Source: Kiritimatiellia bacterium
GTDB lineage: Bacteria > Verrucomicrobiota > Kiritimatiellia > RFP12 > UBA1067
Length of the DNA: 64,000 nt
Reading direction: 5' to 3'
Assembly: GCA_050949565.1 (NCBI GenBank)
Contig: JBMNFY010000008.1
Location: forward strand, 288,001 to 352,000
Position 1 is the first letter of the stretch. Each line of letters starts with the position of its first letter. The notes below the pieces were generated by a model, which did no database searches, was not told the origin of the DNA, and saw only the letters and a list, made by a program, of their open reading frames with translations. A program made the translations under genes and the position numbers. Below, one piece after another: positions 38,672 to 48,414 of the stretch.

Positions 38672-40393
38672 CTACGGTTGCGCCAATCTCAGGTCGTCAT
38701 CGTCAAGGGGCAGGTCCGGGTCAAGCGCAAGATACCGCGCGGTAGCCGTGGCGATCCGAGCGAAGACCGGGGCCGCCACAAAACCGCCCGTGTGCTGAGG
38801 ACGTGGCCGCTCAACCGAAACCAACACGCTGAAGACCGGTTTGCTGGCCGGTACGAAACCCACAAAAGAGGCGTAGTAATCGGTGCTCGAATATCCTCCG
38901 GGCACCGCCTTCTGCGCCGTGCCGGTTTTACCCGCGATGGAGAAGCCCTTGACTGAAGCGCGCTTGCCGGTGCCCCCCTCTTCGGTGACCCCCGTCAGCA
39001 TCTCGCGCACGGCGCGCGCCACCTCGGGACGCACCGGACAGCCAATAACCTCGGGCTTGGCGCGCATGATGACCTCGCCGCTGGGTGATACGATCCGGTC
39101 AACCACATACGGCCGCATCATACGTCCGTCGTTGGCCAGCGTGGAATACGCATTGATCATCTGGAGGCCGGTCACCGCGATACCCTGTCCGATCGGGATA
39201 CGTGTGGGCTTAAGCTTGTCCCACTGCTTCGCCCGCGCCAGAATGCCGTTCTCCTCGCCGGGCAGTTCAATGCCCAGCTTACTGCCGAAGTTGAATGCGC
39301 GCAGATAAGCTTCCAGCTTTTGCGGGCCGAGCCGGAGGCCCATTTTCGCGCAAGCGATGTTGCTGGATTTTTTGAGCGCCGTACTCACGCTGACGCGGCC
39401 GTAAACATGATCGCGGAGCGGCTTGCCGGCATAGAACCACACCCCTTCGCCCACCTCATACTCCGTCTCGGGAGTGGCCAGCCGCTCATTCAGCAGCGCC
39501 GCCACCGTCACCGCCTTCATGATCGAACCCGGCTCATAGACAATTGCCAACGCGTTGTTGCGCCAGACGTCCAAGGTGGTTTCCGTGTATCTTTCCGGCT
39601 CGAAATCTGGAAAGGAGGCCATCGCCAATATCTTTCCAGTGCTGATGTGCTGCACGATGGCCCATGCCGAGAGCGCGTCAAATTTTTCAACCACCTCTTG
39701 GATTGCGCGCTCCACTTCATATTGGATGCGATGATCGAGTGTCAAATAGATGTCCGAGCCCGCGATGGGCGGCACATGGATTTTACGGCGGCTGAAAATC
39801 TCACGGCGCCCGGCATCCTTCTCGCCCTCGATCAAGCCGGGCGTGCCCGTTAGATAGCTGTTGAATTGCTGCTCAATGCCCGCTCCGCCGACGCCCATGT
39901 TGTTCACAAAGCCCAGCACATGCGACATGCGTCGGCCTTGCGGGTAACGGCGGATGACAATATCCTCAGAGGCCACACCACTGATCGTCTTAGGATCGGA
40001 CAACGCCTCGAACACCTCATCATCCAGACTGATCCCGAGCTTGATGTAGCGCGAGTCGGTACGCTTGAACTGGGCCAGTACTGACTCCTCGGACAGGTCG
40101 AGTCGCTGAGCCACCTTCTGCGCGATCTGACGCACGTCATGCTCTTTTTTGACCGCCTTCGGATCAAGGTAGAAGAGCCGCGCAGGCAGACTAACCGCCA
40201 TGGGATACTGCTTACCGTTACAGTCGTAAATCCCACCGCGCAACCCCAGCAGGACACGCTTGTATTCGCGCCCCGTTACCTTAGAATGGTCCGAGAGGTG
40301 GAGATAGCAGAGCTTGGCACCCAGTCCGCAAAACGCCAAGAGTAACGACAGCGCAACCAACCAGATGCGAATCTGTATACCACGGTCATACAT
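38672..40393 (-). CDS. ftsI: Class B penicillin-binding protein
   Basis: EPGSIMK (SxxK), SSN, KTGTAQ; position in dcw. Confidence 0.9.
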   Translation of the reverse strand: MYDRGIQIRIWLVALSLLLAFCGLGAKLCYLHLSDHSKVTGREYKRVLLGLRGGIYDCNGKQYPMAVSLPARLFYLDPKAVKKEHDVRQIAQKVAQRLDLSEESVLAQFKRTDSRYIKLGISLDDEVFEALSDPKTISGVASEDIVIRRYPQGRRMSHVLGFVNNMGVGGAGIEQQFNSYLTGTPGLIEGEKDAGRREIFSRRKIHVPPIAGSDIYLTLDHRIQYEVERAIQEVVEKFDALSAWAIVQHISTGKILAMASFPDFEPERYTETTLDVWRNNALAIVYEPGSIMKAVTVAALLNERLATPETEYEVGEGVWFYAGKPLRDHVYGRVSVSTALKKSSNIACAKMGLRLGPQKLEAYLRAFNFGSKLGIELPGEENGILARAKQWDKLKPTRIPIGQGIAVTGLQMINAYSTLANDGRMMRPYVVDRIVSPSGEVIMRAKPEVIGCPVRPEVARAVREMLTGVTEEGGTGKRASVKGFSIAGKTGTAQKAVPGGYSSTDYYASFVGFVPASKPVFSVLVSVERPRPQHTGGFVAAPVFARIATATARYLALDPDLPLDDDDLRLAQP

Positions 40394-40416
40394 GGCGCGC
40401 TGTCACCCTCGCCACG

Positions 40417-40812
40417 TCATTTTTTAGGCTGCGTTCTGACCACACGTTCCGTCGCACTTTGACTGCGCCTGAAACGGGCGATAGAAAGTTGTCCCTCGAT
40501 CGGCACTCCCGATGCGTCCATGCGCACGACTTGTTCGGCGGACGGGTACGACATGGCGATCCCGTGCTGCAACATCGCCTCTTCCAACTTCTCCGGCGTG
40601 TTCTTCTCGTTCCAGCGCATCTCTTCACGGGCATACTCAGCTTCGAGCGCCTGAAGCTTCTGCTCGTATTTACGGATCTCCTGACCATCCACATCGCACT
40701 TGGAATCCATCATCCAGTACAGCAGCACCAGTCCGATCATCAACAAAAAAACGCCGGCCACCGAGCGAGGCACCACTTTCGCGTGTACATTTCTTTTCCG
40801 ATTTCGTCTCAT
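40417..40812 (-). CDS. FtsL-like bitopic coiled-coil protein
   Basis: Basic N-terminus, one TM, coiled coil; lies between rsmH and ftsI. Confidence 0.65.
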   Translation of the reverse strand: MRRNRKRNVHAKVVPRSVAGVFLLMIGLVLLYWMMDSKCDVDGQEIRKYEQKLQALEAEYAREEMRWNEKNTPEKLEEAMLQHGIAMSYPSAEQVVRMDASGVPIEGQLSIARFRRSQSATERVVRTQPKK

Positions 40813-40868
40813 CGCACATCCTCCTATAAACTGTCGTTCATTCCATCAAACCGCTTCACAACATCCAT

Positions 40869-41807
40869 TCAATCTCGCACCGGCGTCTCACAACGCTGCA
40901 CGACCCTCAACTTCGCCGAGCGCGCCCTCGGGTTGGCCGCCAACTCCTCCGGTCCCGCCTCCAACGGACGCCGTGTCACCCGCATCACAGCGGGCAATTC
41001 GCCTTCCCAGCGTTCGCCGCCCTGCTGCAGGGAGACCCAACGCCCCGCATGCGCCGCGAAACGCCGCTTGACCAGCCGGTCGGTGATGCTCTCAAACGTG
41101 ATCACCGCCATCCGTCCGCCCGGCTTGAGGAGTTGCAACCCCTCCTCCAACGCCCGTTCCAAATCCTCCAGTTCCTGGTTCACCGCCATGCGCAACGCCT
41201 GAAACACGCGTGTCGCCGGGTGCCGCGGCCCGCTGCGTCCGCCCGCGGCCTCCGCCACCACCTCCGCCAGACGACCGGTTGTGACGATCGGCGCCTGACG
41301 CCGCGCACGAACGACCGCCTGAGCGATCTGCCGCGCGCGAGGCTCCTCACCGAGCCTCCGAAAAATGTCTGAGAGGGACTGCACGTCCAGCCTTGCCAGC
41401 AGGTCGGCCGCCGACTCCCCCCGAGTCGTATCCATGCGCATGTCCAGGGATCCGTCAAATCGGAAGCTGAACCCCCGTCCAGGCGTGTCGAGCTGATCGG
41501 ATGACACGCCCAGATCCAGCAGCACACCGTCCACTGCCGCAAACCCGTTCGCTTCGGCCAGGCACCGCAGCTCACCATGAGCGCCGTGCACCAGCACCTT
41601 CTCGCCAGACAACACCGCCAGCCGCTCCGCCGAGCGTTCCAGGGCCGTCACGTCCCTGTCGATCCCCAGCAGCCGGCCGGCCGGCCCCGCGCGCCTCAAG
41701 ATCTCCGCCGCGTGGCCCGCACCGCCGAGTGTTCCGTCGATGTAGCTGCCGCCGGGGACCACCGCCAGGGCGTCCACCGTCTCCTGCAGCAACACCGGCA
41801 GGTGCAT
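40869..41807 (-). CDS. rsmH: 16S rRNA m4C1402 methyltransferase
   Basis: H.PVLL.E, DGTLGGAGH, DLGVSS.QLD, FQALR.AVN.EL, NPRARSAKLR. Confidence 0.94.
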   Translation of the reverse strand: MHLPVLLQETVDALAVVPGGSYIDGTLGGAGHAAEILRRAGPAGRLLGIDRDVTALERSAERLAVLSGEKVLVHGAHGELRCLAEANGFAAVDGVLLDLGVSSDQLDTPGRGFSFRFDGSLDMRMDTTRGESAADLLARLDVQSLSDIFRRLGEEPRARQIAQAVVRARRQAPIVTTGRLAEVVAEAAGGRSGPRHPATRVFQALRMAVNQELEDLERALEEGLQLLKPGGRMAVITFESITDRLVKRRFAAHAGRWVSLQQGGERWEGELPAVMRVTRRPLEAGPEELAANPRARSAKLRVVQRCETPVRD

Positions 41808-41955
41808 CGTCCCTCCAGACTGAATCCGTTCCAAATAACGATCGCGCAGCAAAACGGTCCCTTCCAGAACACGCGTCCGCCTTCCAGACGGGGACGCCCT
41901 GCCCGCGATCCAAATCCTCTTGTCAAACTGCACCGGCATCCCGCCGGGCAGCACG

Positions 41956-42435
41956 TTAGAACTCCAGCACCTCGCACGCCGCCGCCAGCGCCGCCTGATC
42001 CACCGTCTCGGTCTCCGGCCGCATTTCGGGCGACCAGAGCTGGATGCGGTTCATCGCGCCGATCATCACCACCTTGCTGCTCAGGCCGGCGAAGGCCAGC
42101 AACCGATCCTTGATGCGGATCCGTCCCTGTACGTCCAACACCGCCTGCTCGGCGTTCTCACCGAACACCCTCAGTGCCTCGTGCGCGCGCTTGTCGAAGA
42201 GCGGCCGCTGCCGCAACTTCTCAAGCCGCCCCTCCATCTCCGCCGGAGGGATCAGGTTCAGACACCGCTCGTTCGGGTCGGGAAACACATACACATGCGC
42301 CGGTGATCCCATCAGGTCGCGCCAGCCCGCAGGCACGGTCAGCCGTTTCTTGGGGTCCAAAGCATGGTCAAACCGCCCGACCAGCAAGCCCGGTCCGGCA
42401 GTCGCCGCCATACTCTGTCCATCATTAGAAACCAT
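41956..42435 (-). CDS. mraZ: Division/cell wall cluster transcriptional repressor
   Basis: LDPKKRLTVP and LDVQGRIRI repeats, IQLWS; first gene of dcw. Confidence 0.88.
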   Translation of the reverse strand: MVSNDGQSMAATAGPGLLVGRFDHALDPKKRLTVPAGWRDLMGSPAHVYVFPDPNERCLNLIPPAEMEGRLEKLRQRPLFDKRAHEALRVFGENAEQAVLDVQGRIRIKDRLLAFAGLSSKVVMIGAMNRIQLWSPEMRPETETVDQAALAAACEVLEF

Positions 42436-42450
42436 ACCTTGACCTTTTGT

Positions 42451-42485
42451 GACACCATTCAACACTTTCCCCCACCACAAGTCAA
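42451..42485 (-). promoter_or_regulatory. Putative MraZ boxes and -35 element of the dcw promoter
   Basis: Minus-strand GTG(G/T) three times at exact 10-bp spacing (plus-strand CAC at 42453, 42463, 42473), one as AAAGTGT; TTGACT at 42485-42480. Confidence 0.65.
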
Positions 42486-42658
42486 TACCAAATCTAGCTT
42501 TCACATGTTTTGGTTATTCTTCGCAACCCCTTGGAAATCAATATATTACATAAATTCTGGCGAGCCACCAGCAGAAAAAATAACCCCAAAAAGCCCCTAA
42601 CCGGCGTTTTTGTCCCCGCCGTACGGGACGGCGGAGGCACCAGTTCGTTAGTGCATTA

Positions 42659-42686
42659 GTTGAGAGTTGAACGTTGAGAGTTCAAA
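42659..42686. repeat. (GTTGARM)n heptamer track
   Basis: gttgaga gttgaac gttgaga gttcaaa right after the GH2 stop. Confidence 0.75.
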
Positions 42687-42690
42687 TTTT

Positions 42691-45597
42691 TTACTTCGCG
42701 CTTGTGGGCGAGTCTACAGGCTTGAACTGGTAGATGTTGCGGAGGATGAGGTCAGCGGCGGGTTCGCCGCCGGAGAGATCAAGCCTGAGGGTGTTGAGGA
42801 CAATCCATCCCTTGCCGACGCGATAAGCTCCGAGTTGCACCCCGATTTCACATTCGGTGTGGTCGCGCCCGCCGCAACCGACGAAAGCGCTCAGGACAGC
42901 CGTCACATCAGGCTTGGCGCCGTCAAGGTAGACATGACACCCCCAAGCATGCTGGTAGAAGTCCGTGTCCATTAGCCCGCCCCGCGGCAAATCCGCCGTG
43001 AGCGGCGAATCGAGCACGATCGAATCGGTGTGGTAGAGCCAGTTGCTCGCGCGCTTGAGCCGTCCCGCCACAAATGGCATCCTTCGCGGCTGCCCCGTGC
43101 CCATCTTCGTCGAAATCGCTTCCGGCTGCAGAAGGACCACTTTGACACCCTGATGCGCCGCCGCCACGAGCCGGTCGATCTTCTCGTCCGGCAGGTTCAC
43201 CCAGCCAACGAACAGTACGCCTTCGGACGGGAGATGGTCGAAATCGACATCAATGACCCGCATGCCGACGCGCCTGAAGAAACCGATGATATTCGGATGT
43301 ACGCCGCTCACGGTGTAAGCGACCTTGTCTTTCAACGCGCCGAACGCGTCGGGGTCGGTCAGGGTGAAGGCCAGCGTTCCGCAATCGGCGTGTGCGCCTT
43401 CGAGAATCTCCGCCCCGACGCGGTAGCTACCGGGACGCCAGCCGGCCGTGTCGACCTCGCCCGCAAAGAGCGTCTTCACCGGCAACCGCTGTCCGTCCGC
43501 CGCGAGTTCGACGCGATGCGTCATCTCCCGGTGCCAAACAACACCATCCGTGCCCGTGATGCGCAACACGACCGGATAATCGACGCCCTCTTTCAACACA
43601 CCGAAATCAGAAATTGCGACATCGAGCGGAAACTTCGCGCCCGCGTAGAGCGACAGGTTTGTGGACGATACGCAAAAACGCAAATCAGCGAGCTGTTCCT
43701 CGAGCATGTCCGCCATGCCGCGCTTCAGCCCCCCGCCCGTCTCCAGAAGCCCCTCGCCGTAATAGTTGAGATCCTGTGCCATGGTGATCGAGTAGCCGTT
43801 CACCTTCGGGCAGCGCCGGATCATCGTCGTGAGCGCCGCGCGTTTGCCGGCGCTCAGCGCCTCTGAATCTTTGATCATCTCCTCCGGCGTCGGCCAGATC
43901 CGGTAGAGCCCGTACTTGTCGAAGGCGCTACGGAGCGCTTTCACCTGACGCTCAATTATCGGATAGGTGAACAGCTTGCGACCGTGACCGGTCTGCGCCA
44001 CCCGAAGGTACCCCTCAAGCACGTTCGCCATCGATCCATAGCCCGACTCGGAGATGAACGCCGCCCGCCGGTTGGTCTTTGTGAGATGATCGAAAAGCCG
44101 CCACTCGACTTCGTTCAACGGCAGGTCGGGATAGAGGTGGATGTCGCCACGACCAGGGCGGTTGCTGATGCCCTCCTGTGGTGTCTTGATCGGCTCTGGC
44201 GGCGCGTCCGGCGCTTCATCGCCCATCCACGCGTCCCAGTGCACCGAGCCCGGATTCGAGGCCGATGCAATATCGCGCTTCGCGTCCCAACGCCCCGAAT
44301 GGTACATGAAAAGGAGGCCGGGCGCGAGCTGGCGGAGTTCCGGTAGCATGTCGCGAGCGGTTTCATTAAAGACGATCTTGTTCGTCACGTTCTCCGTCTC
44401 GTTCAAGAGTCCGAACATCGTCAGCGATGGATGGTTGCGGTCGCGGCGCACGAGTTCCTTCACCGACTCGCGGAAGAGACGCGCCGTGTCCCGGCCCTCC
44501 ACCTTGAGCCAAGCCATCGGATGCTCCTGGTACATCATGAGGCCGATCTCGTCGCACATGTCAAGCACTTCGGGATATGCCGGACAGTTGATGAAGCGGA
44601 TCGCGTTGAGTCCGCTAACCTTGAGGAAGAGAAGCGTCCGATACATCGCGGCAAGGTTCACGGGGATATCGATCGCACTGGGATGCTCCGACGCCATGTG
44701 CGTACATTTGAGGAAGATGCGGCGGCCGTTGAGTACGAAGTATCCCGAGTCGTCCACCCGCAGGTCACGGAAGGCGCTGCGCACTCCGAGTTCCTCGCCG
44801 CCGGTGCGGACCGTCACGTCATAGAACGAGGGGGCGTCCGGCGACCACAACTTGAATCCGGGCACTTTCACCGTTTCCGGCAGATTTACCGTTCCCCGGC
44901 CTGCCGGAACCGTCACCCGCTGGCGGGACGCCGCGACGACGGCGTCTTGCTTGTGCTCACGCACCTCGACCGTCACGTCGACATCTCGTGCCCGAACCGC
45001 ATCAAACTCGAGCTCACCCGCAATCGCACCGCTCTTCCAGTCCGGGCGCAGGAACACGCAGACAAGGGCAACGTCGTCATGGCGTCGCAACGTGGGCACA
45101 CGCTGAATGCGCGGGAACGTCTTCCAAACCGGCATCTGATGGGAGTCGTTCCCATCAATGCGGAAATTGTGGTCCGGGCAGAGCACATTGAGTACGAGCA
45201 GGTTCTTCGCGCCGCTTCTGAGCGCGCCCGAGACGTCGAAAAAGAAATCACCGTAGGAACCGCGATGTTCGCCGAGCTTCTCGCCGTTGAGCCAGGCCCT
45301 GCAGAGATAGGTGACACCGCCAAGTTCGAGAAACACGCGCTCTCCTGCGGTGAAGTTGGAAACGAACTCACGGTAAAGCCAAACCTCTCGGCAATCGGGA
45401 GCGACATCCGCCGTACAATAGGGCACGGTTGCCTCGACAGCCCCGTCCGGCACACTGCGCTCCCAACCATTGGTCGCGCCGACATGTTCGTAGTCGTACG
45501 CAAGCCGCCAGCCATCGGCAAACCGTAACGCGGGGCTCCCGAAAGCGAAGGCTGCGGCAAGACCTGCCGCCCAAACGACAATCGCCATCCTTGTCAT
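42691..45597 (-). CDS. Secreted GH2-family glycoside hydrolase
   Basis: LWSPDAP..Y, LNGRRIFLK, RDRNHPS..FGLLNE (acid/base), FISESG. Confidence 0.85.
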   Translation of the reverse strand: MTRMAIVVWAAGLAAAFAFGSPALRFADGWRLAYDYEHVGATNGWERSVPDGAVEATVPYCTADVAPDCREVWLYREFVSNFTAGERVFLELGGVTYLCRAWLNGEKLGEHRGSYGDFFFDVSGALRSGAKNLLVLNVLCPDHNFRIDGNDSHQMPVWKTFPRIQRVPTLRRHDDVALVCVFLRPDWKSGAIAGELEFDAVRARDVDVTVEVREHKQDAVVAASRQRVTVPAGRGTVNLPETVKVPGFKLWSPDAPSFYDVTVRTGGEELGVRSAFRDLRVDDSGYFVLNGRRIFLKCTHMASEHPSAIDIPVNLAAMYRTLLFLKVSGLNAIRFINCPAYPEVLDMCDEIGLMMYQEHPMAWLKVEGRDTARLFRESVKELVRRDRNHPSLTMFGLLNETENVTNKIVFNETARDMLPELRQLAPGLLFMYHSGRWDAKRDIASASNPGSVHWDAWMGDEAPDAPPEPIKTPQEGISNRPGRGDIHLYPDLPLNEVEWRLFDHLTKTNRRAAFISESGYGSMANVLEGYLRVAQTGHGRKLFTYPIIERQVKALRSAFDKYGLYRIWPTPEEMIKDSEALSAGKRAALTTMIRRCPKVNGYSITMAQDLNYYGEGLLETGGGLKRGMADMLEEQLADLRFCVSSTNLSLYAGAKFPLDVAISDFGVLKEGVDYPVVLRITGTDGVVWHREMTHRVELAADGQRLPVKTLFAGEVDTAGWRPGSYRVGAEILEGAHADCGTLAFTLTDPDAFGALKDKVAYTVSGVHPNIIGFFRRVGMRVIDVDFDHLPSEGVLFVGWVNLPDEKIDRLVAAAHQGVKVVLLQPEAISTKMGTGQPRRMPFVAGRLKRASNWLYHTDSIVLDSPLTADLPRGGLMDTDFYQHAWGCHVYLDGAKPDVTAVLSAFVGCGGRDHTECEIGVQLGAYRVGKGWIVLNTLRLDLSGGEPAADLILRNIYQFKPVDSPTSAK

Positions 45598-45607
45598 CGT
45601 TGTCCCC

Positions 45608-48403
45608 CTATCTTTTCCGTGCGTTGGCCAGCAGAATGGCACCTGCGGGGGATGTCTTTTCGATCGGCAGCGTCGAAACAATCAACAGACCCTTGCCATG
45701 CTTGAACGTAGCCAGATTGAACGACCGGTTGTAGACAGGCGGACCACCTACGTTGAAGTTGACCGACGCAAAGGAGACGGGCTCCGTATCCGTCGTGAAA
45801 CCGTAAAACGGAAAACAGTCCGTGTAAAAATCCCAGTCGAGGAACCCCGTCTTCAATCCCTGCGTGAGCGGATCGGGCACCATGATCGTGTCATCATGGT
45901 AGAGCCAGTGATTCCGGGGCGTGACCACGAGGTTGGCAAGCGGAAGGAATGCAGGAGGCTTGCTGCCCCACTTCTCGAGATGGACAAGTCCCGTCGCGCC
46001 TGCCTCGATGCGTGCCATCGCGGCCTTGCCCTGCTCCTCGTCGACGCGGCCGAGTTCAAAGAAATCGCCTCGCGGCTTCTCTTCGACCGGACGCGCCGTC
46101 ACGTAGAACCCCTTCTCGAAGGCCGCAGCATAACCGCCATGGTTAAGGTAAGCCCTCAGCATGTACGCGCCTTGGGGGAGATCAACCTCGGCCCGGAACC
46201 GCGCGACAGGGTATGCGACGGCGCGCAGACCATCCTTGTCCTTCTGCGGCACGGTAAAGGGCGCAACCGGTGACCGCCACTTTACCTCGCCGTTCGTGTC
46301 CACGAGCGCAAACGTTGCCTCGTACGTCCCGTCGCGCAGCGCCTCAAAGTCGGCCAGCACAGCCTCAAACTCCACCGCGTCCCCCGCGAAATAGTTCCCC
46401 TTGGACAAGAACAGACACCAGCGCAGATCGCTCCAGCCATCGCGGAACACATCAAAGTTTTCGTCCTTGATGCGACGGAAGAGCGACATGGGGCCCTCGC
46501 CGCAGAGCGCATGGTCGAGCGCGCCTGTGAGATTAAAGCCCACGAAGCGTGGATTCGAACGCACGAGATCGAATCCTTCACGGCGGCTGCGCGCGTTCAT
46601 GCGCTCGGACGCCCTCAAGAAATCAACGGGGTCGGCGAAGAACCGCCCGAGCCCCAGCTTCTCCCAGTCTTCGAGATACCTCCTGCGGATCTCAGCCATC
46701 AGCGCGTGGTCGGGCGCGGTTGCGGGAATGCCGCGACGTTCGAACTCATGACAGTGGTCGATCACGTCCAGCAGCGAACCGACACCGTATTCAGAGAAGA
46801 AGGCCGGCTTCGCGTGGGCGCTCCATGTGCGGATCTTGCGCACCTGATCCGGGTTGTGCGGATAGCCGGGGTAGAAGTGGAGGTCGCCGCAGGCGGGCTT
46901 GAGCCCGATGTCGCCGGGGGACGGCGCGTCGTTGTTGGCGCGATTGCCGTCTTCGCCCCACACGCACTCCCATTCCATGCTGCCGGGATTGGACGCGGAA
47001 CCCACACCCCAGTCCGGCCCCGGTTGCCCTTCGAACTGGTATTGCCAGCTTGCTTTCTGGCCCTTCGGCAGCTTCGGCCAGAGATCCCAGCGCCCGGAGC
47101 TGAAGATCCAGAGGCGCGTGGGATCGAGTGCCCGCATTTCAGGGAGCATCGTGCGCGCGGCTTCGATCGAGTCGCCCTGTCGCATCTCGTTGATCGCACC
47201 CCAGATGGTGATCGACGGATGGTTGCGGTCACGCTTCAATTCGCAACGCATGGACTCGAGGAAGCGTTGCTTCGCGTGAGGCGAATCGGCGAGACACCAC
47301 GAGGCATAAGTTTCCTGATAGACCATCAGGCCGAGCCGGTCGCAGTAATCAAGTTGGCGCGGCGTGGCTTGTGTGGCAATGAAACGCACGCAGTTGTACC
47401 CCATCGCCTTCATGTTCTGGAAGTCGCGATACTCAAGCTCGGGCGTGGCGGCATCCACCACAGAAAGACCGCCCGGCATGTGGTTCCCGGTATGAGCGCT
47501 TTTGAGGAAGATCCGTTTCCCGTTGAGTGTGAACCACCCATTCACGAGGCGGAAATCACGGAATCCGAAACGCGTCGCGTAGCCATTGACCGCAAGCGTG
47601 TAGACGTTCGGCGTATCGATACTCCAGAGCTTGAAGCCCGGCACATCAAACGTCTCTTCAAACAGGGTGTCTCCAGACGGCAGCTCGCGCGGGCGCATCA
47701 CAGTGCAGACAGGGTTCGGCGCGTCGTCAGTGTATACGACGAAGGTAATATCTCTCTTGCATGGCGCGCCTGAGTCATTGCGCACCGTCGTTTCAACCGT
47801 GACGCGACCGGTTTTCCAATCCGCTTTCACGAAGGCATCGGTCACGCGCACCGCAGGAACAACCTCAAGCGAAACGGGAAGCATAATGCCACCCGTGTTG
47901 TAACACCAGCCGGGCCTAAACTCCATCTTGTCGTGCTTGTTGCGGTGAGGAATCGTCTTGCACGTAAAGCCCTCGATCATCTCCTCGCCGGGATTGATCA
48001 CACGCACGGCGAGCAGGGTGTCTTCTTTGAGCGTATCCGTCACATCAAATGCGAACGGGCTTTCCGCGCCTTCGTGACTTCCGATCTTCTGTCCGTCCAG
48101 ATAGACATCGCAGAAATAGTCGACCGCGCCAAAGCGGAGCATCACGCGCTCCTGCGCTCCGGCTTTCGGACGCGCGACACGCCGGTAGTACCATGCCACG
48201 CCGCAGTCGTACGGATAAACCTGCTGGATGACGCCCGGAACCGGCACCGGCTTCGCGTTGTCCCGCACGGCCGCCGCCCAGCCGTTCGTCTTGCCGCAGT
48301 TGCCTGGATCAAGCGCGAGCATCCACCCGCCGTCCAACTCGATCGCATTCACGGCTCCCGCAGCCAACAAGGCCGCGACGCAAACCATTGTCTTCCGTCG
48401 CAT
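45608..48403 (-). CDS. Secreted GH2-family glycoside hydrolase
   Basis: FGAVDY, HEGAESPF, FGFR, LNGKRIFLK, RDRNHPSI.IWGAINE, FFSEYG. Confidence 0.87.
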   Translation of the reverse strand: MRRKTMVCVAALLAAGAVNAIELDGGWMLALDPGNCGKTNGWAAAVRDNAKPVPVPGVIQQVYPYDCGVAWYYRRVARPKAGAQERVMLRFGAVDYFCDVYLDGQKIGSHEGAESPFAFDVTDTLKEDTLLAVRVINPGEEMIEGFTCKTIPHRNKHDKMEFRPGWCYNTGGIMLPVSLEVVPAVRVTDAFVKADWKTGRVTVETTVRNDSGAPCKRDITFVVYTDDAPNPVCTVMRPRELPSGDTLFEETFDVPGFKLWSIDTPNVYTLAVNGYATRFGFRDFRLVNGWFTLNGKRIFLKSAHTGNHMPGGLSVVDAATPELEYRDFQNMKAMGYNCVRFIATQATPRQLDYCDRLGLMVYQETYASWCLADSPHAKQRFLESMRCELKRDRNHPSITIWGAINEMRQGDSIEAARTMLPEMRALDPTRLWIFSSGRWDLWPKLPKGQKASWQYQFEGQPGPDWGVGSASNPGSMEWECVWGEDGNRANNDAPSPGDIGLKPACGDLHFYPGYPHNPDQVRKIRTWSAHAKPAFFSEYGVGSLLDVIDHCHEFERRGIPATAPDHALMAEIRRRYLEDWEKLGLGRFFADPVDFLRASERMNARSRREGFDLVRSNPRFVGFNLTGALDHALCGEGPMSLFRRIKDENFDVFRDGWSDLRWCLFLSKGNYFAGDAVEFEAVLADFEALRDGTYEATFALVDTNGEVKWRSPVAPFTVPQKDKDGLRAVAYPVARFRAEVDLPQGAYMLRAYLNHGGYAAAFEKGFYVTARPVEEKPRGDFFELGRVDEEQGKAAMARIEAGATGLVHLEKWGSKPPAFLPLANLVVTPRNHWLYHDDTIMVPDPLTQGLKTGFLDWDFYTDCFPFYGFTTDTEPVSFASVNFNVGGPPVYNRSFNLATFKHGKGLLIVSTLPIEKTSPAGAILLANARKR

Positions 48404-48414
48404 TCTTTTCTCCT

